DNA of 64,000 bases from Longimicrobiales bacterium (GTDB lineage: Bacteria > Gemmatimonadota > Gemmatimonadetes > Longimicrobiales > Gaopeijiaceae): the NCBI GenBank assembly GCA_965219445.1, contig CBDCNQ010000004.1, positions 96,001-160,000 on the forward strand, in the 5' to 3' direction. This document shows, in pieces, positions 10,833-18,985 of the stretch. The position numbers and the translations under genes are program-made. Position 1 is the first letter of the stretch. Each line of letters opens with the position of its first letter. The notes below the pieces were generated by a model. It saw nothing but the letters and a program-made list of their open reading frames with translations. It had not been told where the DNA came from and ran no database searches.

Positions 10833-11975
10833 ATGACTACGTCATTCCAGTCCTGTTGGAAGAACATGTGGCTTCGTGTCTCAGTCCTGCTGGCTGCTTC
10901 TAGTCAATTGGTGCTGGCCGAGTTGGCGTTGGCCCAGACGCCCATAGAAGGAGCCCTCGCAGCCACGGTGATCATCGAGACGTCCGGCGCGGATGGACAG
11001 GGACTGGGACACGGGAGTGGCTTTGTCACGTCCAGTGACGGCATCATCGTCACCGCTGCTCATGTAATCCAGGGAGCGACATCGGCAACGGTGCGGTTCC
11101 AGAATGGAGACGAGCTTGACGTCGAAGGCGTGATCCAAGTCGACTGGGCTAAGGACTACGCCATCGTGCGGGTTGCAGGATTTGATTTACAGACGGTGGG
11201 GTTGGGGAATGCAGACGAGGTATCGGTTGGCCAGAGAGTCATCGTGATAGGTGCTCCCATGGACCCCACCCTGGCGGGAACCGTGTCGGATGGGTTGGTG
11301 GCCGCAAGCCGTATGTGGGATGGGACCAGGCACATCCAGATTAGCGCGCCCACATCGCCGGGAAATTCCGGTGGCCCGGTGATGACGGAAGAGGGTGAAG
11401 TCATCGGACTGGTCGTGAGTGGAATTAACGCGGAGGGAGCAGAGAACCTCAACTTTGCTCTGCCGATAAACTATGTGCGGGGGCAGCTTTCCCTCGCCGC
11501 TACCAGACCCTTACAGCCGCTGGCAGAAGTCCAGGAAACGATAATTGCAGAGACAGCCGGCTCCTCGACGGGTCGGCCGACGTACAGCAACCCGCCGACG
11601 TACGGCGACGTCAACCTCGATGAACGCTTCCTGCCGGATCCCTATGAGGTCTCGCTGACCGCGGGCGGCGGCATCGATGTCGACATCGGTGAGTGCAACT
11701 ACGGATACGTGGCCGAGTCCCCTGACGTAGATTTCTACTACGCGACCTCCGGCGACGCCGACCTATACGTATACGTGAACGGCACTGAGGATACCACGTT
11801 GCTGCTCAATCAACCGAACGGTAGCTGGGTGTGCGACGACGATGCTCTCGGCGACAGCAACCCGGTGGTGGTCATTCCTGCAGCAGCGGCCGGCCTGTAC
11901 AACATCTGGGTGGGTACCTTCGACCCCGCCACCACTGCCGCGACCCTCTTTATCTCCGAAAGAGATCCGCGTTAG
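10833..11975 (+). CDS. Secreted trypsin-like (HtrA/S1C-type) serine protease with a non-PDZ C-terminal beta domain
   Basis: GSGF, TAAHV, KDYA and PGNSGGP triad motifs, NLNFALP; signal-like N-terminus. Confidence 0.85.
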   Translation: MTTSFQSCWKNMWLRVSVLLAASSQLVLAELALAQTPIEGALAATVIIETSGADGQGLGHGSGFVTSSDGIIVTAAHVIQGATSATVRFQNGDELDVEGVIQVDWAKDYAIVRVAGFDLQTVGLGNADEVSVGQRVIVIGAPMDPTLAGTVSDGLVAASRMWDGTRHIQISAPTSPGNSGGPVMTEEGEVIGLVVSGINAEGAENLNFALPINYVRGQLSLAATRPLQPLAEVQETIIAETAGSSTGRPTYSNPPTYGDVNLDERFLPDPYEVSLTAGGGIDVDIGECNYGYVAESPDVDFYYATSGDADLYVYVNGTEDTTLLLNQPNGSWVCDDDALGDSNPVVVIPAAAAGLYNIWVGTFDPATTAATLFISERDPR

Positions 11976-11988
11976 CCGGAACTGTGTT

Positions 11989-12735
11989 TCAGCGATAAGC
12001 CGGGTTCTCGAAATCGCTCCGGCAGCCGGCGTCCCATGAAGTGCGCTGGTTTCCGTGGGCCGGAATCCCACCCGTGTCCTTAAGCGCCCGGGCCAGATGC
12101 ATCAGGTTCCACGTCATGAACGTCGTGTTGCGGTTCGTGAAGTCGTTTTCCGGCCCGCCCGACCCGGGGTCGAGGTACGATGGTCCGGGCCCGGCTTCAC
12201 CCAGCCAAGCCGCATCCGCCTGCGGCGGTATCACGTATCCCAAGTGCTGGAGAGAATAGAGGATGTTCATCGCACAGTGCTTCGCGCCGTCCTCGTTACC
12301 GGTGATGAGGCATCCTCCGACACGTCCGTAGTAGGCGTATTGACCCGCTTCGTTTAGAAGATGGGAGCCCGCGTAGAGACGCTCGATGACCCGGGTGCAG
12401 ACCGAAGTTTTTTCTCCCAGCCAGATCGAGGAGCCGACCACCAGGATGTCGCTCGCCATCACCTTCTCGGAGATCTCGGGCCACTCATCCTCCGGCCAAC
12501 CGAGCTCCCTCATGTCCGGCCACACGCCGCTAGCGATTTCGTAGTCGACTGGCCGTAGGACTTCGACCGAAATCCCACTCTTCTCCATGATGGTCTTGGA
12601 GATCTCGATGAGGCCCTCGGTGTGGGACATCTCCGGAGACTTCTTGAGCGTGCAGTTGAGAAAGATCGCCCGCAGGTCTGAGTAGTCCCACGGGCTCGAA
12701 GTACAGAGCTGCTCCTGTTGTTCGGTCAGGGCCAT
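11989..12735 (-). CDS. Flavodoxin-family / NADPH-dependent FMN reductase-like protein
   Basis: NCTLKKSP, DILVVGSSIWLG, ITGNEDGAKH. Confidence 0.85.
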   Translation of the reverse strand: MALTEQQEQLCTSSPWDYSDLRAIFLNCTLKKSPEMSHTEGLIEISKTIMEKSGISVEVLRPVDYEIASGVWPDMRELGWPEDEWPEISEKVMASDILVVGSSIWLGEKTSVCTRVIERLYAGSHLLNEAGQYAYYGRVGGCLITGNEDGAKHCAMNILYSLQHLGYVIPPQADAAWLGEAGPGPSYLDPGSGGPENDFTNRNTTFMTWNLMHLARALKDTGGIPAHGNQRTSWDAGCRSDFENPAYR

Positions 12736-12768
12736 CTGAGATCTCCACTCTTGACGGTTCGTCGAACG

Positions 12769-14403
12769 CTATATGGGGCAGACCAGGTTCCCCAGTTTCT
12801 CGGTCAGCTTCATGTTCTCCGAGTAATCCACCGGGCAGTCGATGATTACCACCGTGTCGTCGGTAATGGCCTGCTTGAGCGTGGGGACCAGTTCGTCGGC
12901 GGCCTGCACCCGATAGCCCTTGGCCCCGAAGCTCTCCGCGAACTTGACGAAGTCGGGATTGTTGAACGTGATGTGGCTGGGTCGCCCGAAGTGACGAAGC
13001 TGATGCCAGTGAATCAGTCCATACTCGGCGTCATTCCAGATGAGAATGATGATGGGGGTTCCGATACGAAGGGCGGTCTCGATCTCCTGGCAGTTCATCA
13101 GGAATCCCGCATCGCCCGTCACGGTTACCGCGGTATGCTCAGGATGGGCCAGCTTCGCCGCGATGGCACCCGGCACGCCGATCCCCATGGCGGCGAAGCC
13201 ATTCGAAATGATGCAGGTATTGGCGCGCTCGGCCTCATAAAGCCGGGCGGTCCACATCTTGTGGGCGCCCACGTCGCTTATGACGATGTCCTCCGGCTCG
13301 AGCACCTGGCGAAGGTCCCAGAGAATGCGTTGGGGCACCATGGGGAACGCCGGACTCTCCGCGTGCTCGGAGTGCTCCCGGAGTACGAAATCGCGCAGTG
13401 TGCCAAGTTTCGGCTCGTGGTGAGGCTTGGCCAGCTCTCCGATCCGCCGCAGGGACTCACCGACGTCGCCAATGACACCGGCGGCCAGCATGTAGTGCTC
13501 ATCCACTTCGGCCGGCGTTTCGTCGATGTGTAGAAGCTGCGCGTGCTTTTCAGGATGCCATAGGTACGGATGGTACTCGATCATGTCGTAGCCCACACAG
13601 ATGATCACATCGGCCCGGTCGAACCCGCAGTCGACGTAGTCGTGCGCCTGTAGGCCGACCGTGCCGAGACTCAGCGGGTGCGAAAACGGTATCGCGCCCT
13701 TGGCCATGAACGTGGTCGCCACAGGAATCTGGAGCTTCTCGGCAAACGCCTGAAGCTGCTCCGTGGCTCGGGAGCGGATGATCCCGTTCCCAGCCATGAT
13801 GATCGGGTGCTCGGCACTCGAGATGACCTCGGCCGCCTGCTGGACCTTAGCGCCGGGGGGCTCCGGGGTCGCCGCCGCCTGTACCGTGAGAGGCTCCTTT
13901 CCTTCGACATCGGCCCCGGCAATGTTTTCAGGAAAGTCGATGAAGCTGACGCCGGGTTTTTCCGCTAGCGCTTGCTTGAACGCCTTACGAACCACCTCCG
14001 GAATGATCTCCGGCTCCCGGATCTGGGTGCTGTACTTGGTTATGGGCGCGAAGAGGCTGACCAGATCGAGGTGCTGGTGGCTCTCCTTGTGCATCCGCGT
14101 GGTGGCCGCCTGACCCGCGATGGCAACGACCGGCGCCCGGTCCATGTTCGCGTCCGCTACCCCCGTCACCAGATTGGCGGCGCCGGGACCGAGGGTCGAC
14201 AGGCAGACCCCCGCTCTGCCCGTCAGCCGTCCGTACACGTCGGCCATGAAGGCGGCACCCTGCTCATGGCGCGTGGTGATGAAAGCAATCTTGCTGTCGA
14301 GCAAGACATCCATCATGTCGATGTTCTCCTCGCCCGGGATGCCGAAGATGTAGTCGACGTCCTCGTTCTCAAGGCACCGGACGAGGAGCTCGGCGGCTTT
14401 CAT
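12769..14403 (-). CDS. Acetolactate synthase large-subunit-like TPP enzyme
   Basis: FGIPGEEN, TRHEQGAAFMA, TLGPGA, GDAGF...N TPP-binding motif. Confidence 0.93.
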   Translation of the reverse strand: MKAAELLVRCLENEDVDYIFGIPGEENIDMMDVLLDSKIAFITTRHEQGAAFMADVYGRLTGRAGVCLSTLGPGAANLVTGVADANMDRAPVVAIAGQAATTRMHKESHQHLDLVSLFAPITKYSTQIREPEIIPEVVRKAFKQALAEKPGVSFIDFPENIAGADVEGKEPLTVQAAATPEPPGAKVQQAAEVISSAEHPIIMAGNGIIRSRATEQLQAFAEKLQIPVATTFMAKGAIPFSHPLSLGTVGLQAHDYVDCGFDRADVIICVGYDMIEYHPYLWHPEKHAQLLHIDETPAEVDEHYMLAAGVIGDVGESLRRIGELAKPHHEPKLGTLRDFVLREHSEHAESPAFPMVPQRILWDLRQVLEPEDIVISDVGAHKMWTARLYEAERANTCIISNGFAAMGIGVPGAIAAKLAHPEHTAVTVTGDAGFLMNCQEIETALRIGTPIIILIWNDAEYGLIHWHQLRHFGRPSHITFNNPDFVKFAESFGAKGYRVQAADELVPTLKQAITDDTVVIIDCPVDYSENMKLTEKLGNLVCPI

Positions 14404-15010
14404 GGGTTGCGTCCTTTCGTTTCAATGCCCGCGAGCGCTTGCAGTGCCCTCGAGGTGGTGGAGGTGATGACGATGCATCGACGTAGCTGAATTGCCAAGA
14501 GCGAGCAGGTGGAGCTTCCTTACCCACCATGGCGTGCCTCACGATTTTCGTGATATCGACCCTTGACAGCGAAGCAAAGGCTCGCTTTCCCGTCTTCTTG
14601 CGTGCCGGGGTACCCCCGGTGAGCTTGCCCAATCCCTCAACTGACCATCGAAGGGACACTCGAATGATTCCGGTTTTCCTTCTTAGCAAGGAGATCACAC
14701 CATGACGAGCAAAGCCAGAATTCTGGTGACTGGAGCGACCGGGAATACCGGAGGTGCGGTCGCGCGTCAGCTCCTTCATGAGGGCCACCCCGTGAACGCC
14801 CTCGTGCGGAGGCAGGATCATAGGGCGGACGCGCTCGCCAAGGGAGCTAGGATCAAAGGCATCATAGGGGCATGGCGACCGCTACCGGTACCGATCAGCA
14901 GCGAAGCAGCCCGAAGACGAAGAGGCGTTCTCCTCCGGGAACGGGTGCGCGTTCATCATTATTCGCGCAAGCAAGCAACCCAACCCGTCCTATCCAAGAG
15001 GAGAACGCCC

Positions 15011-16066
15011 ATGGAGAGATATATCGGACTCGACGCACACGCGTCGAGCTGCACGCTGGGGATTGTAGGCCCCAGCGGCAAGCGCTTGGGCTCGCAGGTG
15101 GTGGAGACGAACGCGCGGGCGCTGATCGAGGTGCTGCGAGGGATTCCGAGGAACCGGCACTTATGCCTGGAAGAAGGGACGCTGTCGGGGTGGCTGTACG
15201 AGGTGCTGGAGCCGCACGTGGAGGAGCTGACGGTGGCGGGGGTCGGCAAGAGCCGGGGCCCGAAGACCGACAAGCTGGACGCGTTTGCCCTGGCGGAGAA
15301 GCTGCGGATCGGATCACTGGAGACGAGGGTCTACAAGAACCGGGGCCAGTTCAGGCGGCTGGGGGAACGGGCGAAGAGCTACGACTTCCTGGTCGGCGAC
15401 ACGGTGCGGGTGAAGAACCGGCTCAAGAGCGTGCTGCGCTCGAGAGGAGTGGCCTACGGCGCGGGGCGCTCGGTCTACTTAAAGCGCGACCGGGAGGAGT
15501 GGTTGGCCAAGCTGCCGGAAGCGAGCAGGACGACGGCCGGGTTGCTGTACGAGGAGCACGACGCACTCGTGGCATTGAGGGCGAAGGCCGAGAAGGCGTT
15601 GCTGGCGGAAGCACGCAAGCATCGAGAGTGGCATGTGCTGAAGACGTGCCCGGGTCTGGGTCCGATCCGGACGGCGGAGCTCCTGCCGGTGGTGGTGACG
15701 CCGTACCGGTTCCAGAGCCGGAGCAGGTTCTGGGCGTACTGCGGACTGGGCGTCGTGATGCGGAGCTCGTCGGACTGGGTGCGGGGTCCGGGTGGGCGGT
15801 GGGTAAGGGAACCGGTACAGCAGACGCGGGGGCTGAATCGGAACTTCAACCACACGCTGAAGCGTGTGTTCAAGGGCGCGGCGACGACGGTGATCGGTCG
15901 GGCCGAAAACGAACCCTTGTACCGCCACTACGAGCGACTCCTGGAGGGGGGCACGAAGCCGAATCTGGCGAAGCTGACGATCGCGCGTCAGCTCGCCTCG
16001 ATCGTGCTAGCGGTGTGGCGCACGGGCGAAGCGTACGACCCCAAGAGACTGGAAGCGACGGAGTAA
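15011..16066 (+). CDS. IS110-family DEDD recombinase/transposase
   Basis: YIGLDAH, CLEEG and KTDKLDA (DEDD), CPGLGPI helix-hairpin, YCGLGVVMRSS serine region; AGGAGA RBS. Confidence 0.95.
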   Translation: MERYIGLDAHASSCTLGIVGPSGKRLGSQVVETNARALIEVLRGIPRNRHLCLEEGTLSGWLYEVLEPHVEELTVAGVGKSRGPKTDKLDAFALAEKLRIGSLETRVYKNRGQFRRLGERAKSYDFLVGDTVRVKNRLKSVLRSRGVAYGAGRSVYLKRDREEWLAKLPEASRTTAGLLYEEHDALVALRAKAEKALLAEARKHREWHVLKTCPGLGPIRTAELLPVVVTPYRFQSRSRFWAYCGLGVVMRSSSDWVRGPGGRWVREPVQQTRGLNRNFNHTLKRVFKGAATTVIGRAENEPLYRHYERLLEGGTKPNLAKLTIARQLASIVLAVWRTGEAYDPKRLEATE

Positions 16067-16432
16067 ACCGGCCTGGGATCGGCGAGCGTGGGGTCGAAAG
16101 CGGTCACAACATGGGGTCCGACGAAACGGAAGCGAACCGGTTACAGGGGACAGCATCCATACACACCGTGGGCCGGGGCAGAGAGCCCAAGCCCCCACTC
16201 AAAGGCTATGCACCCCTGGAGAGCCGAACGAAGCGATGGGCCACAGAGTCCCAGATAGAAGGATGGTTCCCGCTCCAGAGCGGAGAACGCGACGGCTGTG
16301 AACGTCTTCCGGACTGCGATGCGGACCCTGCGAGCGCACCCCTCCCCACCCTGAGTCGTCGACCGGGCAATCCAAACCATGCGGACGCCGACGGTCAAAA
16401 AATGAGCCGACGGCGCGTGGGGAAGGTGCGTC
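16067..16432 (+). ncRNA. Putative bridge/seekRNA in the IS110 right non-coding end (boundaries approximate)
   Basis: TACACACC (16160-16167) and TCAAAGG (16199-16205) match the two target strands and lie in a stem-bounded internal loop. ATAGAAGG (16255-16262) matches the element's own junction. Confidence 0.75.
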
Positions 16433-16455
16433 TTGACCGCCAGCCCCATAGAAGG
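16433..16455 (+). promoter_or_regulatory. -35 half of the IS110 circle-junction promoter
   Basis: TTGACC at 16433-16438 sits 17 bp before CATCAT (14860-14865) when the ends are joined through one AAGG core. Confidence 0.7.
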
Positions 16456-16551
16456 GTGTGTAAAAAAAGAGGCGACGTACCTTTCCGCTAGGTAGTAAGA
16501 AGTTAACCAGCGAATCCCGGGTGAGCGCCCGGGGGAAAGGAACGATGCCTC

Positions 16552-17797
16552 GTGAGGAAGAATATGGTGGGACCCGAGAGTGAGTCCAGCACGCCGACGT
16601 GGGAGTGCTTGGAAGCGCTGGTTCGTGAGAAGGCCCAGGAGATGGTCCAGCGGATTCTGGAGGAGGAAGTGACGGAGTTGCTCGGCCGGGAGAAGTCGGA
16701 GCGGAAGACGGTCGTAGACCCGGCGCCAGGCTACCGCAACGGCTACGGCAAGGCTCGGCGGCTGGCGATGAGCTCGGGCACGATCATGCTCCGACGGCCC
16801 CGGGTTCGAGGCATTGAGGAGCGGTTCGAGAGTCGGGTGTTGCCGTTGTTCGCACGACGGACGAAGGAGGTGGGTGCTCTGCTTCCGGAGCTGTATCTGC
16901 ACGGGCTGGCGGAGGGAGACTTCGAGCTGGCGATGCGGGGCCTGCTGGGCGAGGGGGCCCCGTTGTCGAAGTCTTCGATTCGGAGACTGCGGGCGGGATG
17001 GACGGCGGAGTTCGAGGAATGGAGCCAGCGTCGCCTGGAGGGCCGTGAGGTCGTCTACGTATGGGCGGACGGGATCTACGTGAAGGCAGGGCTCGAGCGG
17101 GACAAGGCAGCGCTGCTGGTGGTTCTCGGTGCGATGCGAGACGGGACGAAGGAGGTGTTGGCCCTGAGATCGGGCTACCGAGAGTCGGTCGAGTCCTGCT
17201 CCGAGGTGTTGCGGGATCTGAAGGCACGCGGCATCGAGGCGCCCCGGCTTCTGATGGCGGACGGCAACGCGGCGATCTGGGGCGCAGTACGGGCAGGTAT
17301 GGCCTGAGGCGGGCGAGCAACGGTGCTGGAACCACAAGATGAGGAACGTGCTGGACCGGCTGCCGCAGCGGGAGCAGAGCGAGGCGAAGGATCTTCTCAG
17401 GACCGTGGTCTACGCACCGAGGCGGTCCGAGGCGCTGAAGGCCCGTGAGGCGTTCGCCAGGCGCTACAGACCGTGGTATCCGAAGGCGGTGGATGTACTC
17501 GAGGACGACTGGGAGCGGATGGTGGCGTTCTACGACTTCCCCGAGGATCACTGGAAGCATCTACGCACGACGAACGTGGTCGAGAGCCCGTTCGCTGCGC
17601 TACGGCTCAGGACGACGGCGGCGAAGCGATTCAAGCGGGTCGAGAGCGCTACGGCGCTGATCTGGAAGTTGCTCTTGGTGGCCGAGAAGCGGTTCCGAAG
17701 GCTCGACGCTCCTCACCTCCTCAAGGACGTGTTTGAAGGAAGGAAGTTCGAAGACGGAAAGCCCGTCTCAACCCAACAGCGGAAGAATGCCGCCTGA
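16552..17797 (+). pseudogene. IS256-family transposase with a +1 frameshift
   Basis: GYRNGYGK, YVWADGIY, LMADGN, QRCWNHKMRN, LRTTNVVES. Removing one G from GGG at 17291-17293 restores AVRQVWPEAGEQRCWNHK. Confidence 0.9.
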
Positions 17798-18985
17798 TAC
17801 GTTTACACACCTATTGACCCAACCTCCGCCAAGGCGGGGGCCAAGGTAATCGTGGGGGACCTCCTCGAGCCCGAGGACCTCCGGCACGCCATGACAGACG
17901 CGCAGAGGGCCTACTACATGGCGCCATGGGCTCCAAACCAACTTCACGGGGCGATGAACTTCGCCGTGGCCGCGGCGGATTCCCGCTTGGAAGTGGTGGT
18001 CGCCATCACGCAGTGGCTGGCGCAACCGCAGCACCCGTCCGTCGCCACGCGGCAGAGCTATCTGACCGATCGAGTCCTCGACTGGATGCCGGGCGTCGAT
18101 TCGATCAGGGTGAATCCCGGATGGTTTGCGGACAACTACATGGCGGTGCTGGGCACCGTCGCGCAGCTCGGGATCTTCCCTTACGCGCTCGGCGAAGGAA
18201 AGGCCGCGCCGGTATCAAACGAGGACATCGCCCGCGTCGCGGTAGGGGCGTTGGTGAACCCCGGGCCCCACGTCGGCAAATACTACCGACCCAGCGGTCC
18301 CGAGCTCCTCGATCCCCATCAGCTCGCGGCGATCTTCGGCAAGGTGCTTGGGCGCTCCGTCACCTACCGGGACATGTCCCCTCGGATGTTCAACAAAGCA
18401 CTAAAGGTCGTGGGCATGAGCCCCGTGCTCATCAGTCAGCTCCAGCACTACCTGGAAGAGTATCGTCGCGGAGGCTTCGCTGCGGGGGCGCCCAACGATG
18501 TGGTTCAGCGCGTCGGCGGTTCCGCCCCCGAGGACTTCGAGACGATCACACGCCGGTACGTGGCGGCGAACCCCATGACCCGTCGTAGCTTGGCGAACAA
18601 GCTCCGCGCCATCGCGGAGTTCGCGAAGATCGTTCTGGCCCGGACACCGGACGTCTCTGCATACGAACAGAGGCAGAATCATCCCTTGCTAAGAGACCCG
18701 AAGTACGGCTTGGACTACGCGCCTTGGCGTAGATCACATGCCGTCCCGAACGCGTACGGGCTCGAGGGGGTTTTCAACCAGGGACACCTCCACCCGTCCG
18801 ACCAACGTACGTCCGGGATCCAGGACTCCATGGAGGCTGCTCAATGAAGATGGCTATGCATGCCCCTCCATCGATTGGAGGGCCGGGGGCGGACCGCGGC
18901 TGATCACCTTGCCCGGACAACGTCGACAGGTTCTGATGCTGAGAACCCTGGCCTTGGGCTTCATCCGAACAGCGAGGACGTAGCC

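Larger units (their letters stand above)
14860..16455 (+). mobile_element. IS110-family (IS1111-like) element, 1596 bp, inserted in the IS256 left terminal inverted repeat
   Basis: AAGG core at both junctions (14856-14859, 16452-16455); imperfect subterminal inverted repeats (14864-14877 vs 16438-16449); DEDD recombinase; long 3' non-coding end. Confidence 0.92.
14844..17826 (+). mobile_element. IS256-family insertion sequence (1387 bp once the nested IS110 is removed)
   Basis: 8-bp target duplication CGCCAAGG at 14836-14843 and 17827-17834. The reconstructed left end matches the right end at 20/25 nt. Carries a Mutator-type transposase. Confidence 0.93.
14702..18847 (+). pseudogene. NmrA-like NAD(P)H-binding protein interrupted by nested IS256/IS110 elements
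   Basis: 14702-14843 (ILVTGATGNTGG) joined to 17835-18847 gives a continuous 385-codon frame reading ADALAKAGAKVIVGDLL across the junction. Confidence 0.92.

Noticed and set aside
14872..16491. 539-aa alternative-frame ORF over the IS110 element
   Set aside because: Gly/Ala/Arg-rich shadow frame of a GC-rich gene with no recognisable motifs.
17291..17293. Programmed frameshift in the IS256 transposase
   Set aside because: IS256 transposases are single ORFs and no slippery heptamer is present; a one-base insertion or sequencing error is simpler.
16141..17337. 398-aa antisense ORF over the IS256 transposase
   Set aside because: Antisense shadow that crosses the IS110/IS256 boundary, so unlikely to be a selected gene.
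17814..17850. IS256 outward -35 (TTGACC) forming a hybrid promoter for downstream genes
   Set aside because: No -10-like hexamer at 16-18 bp spacing in the flank.
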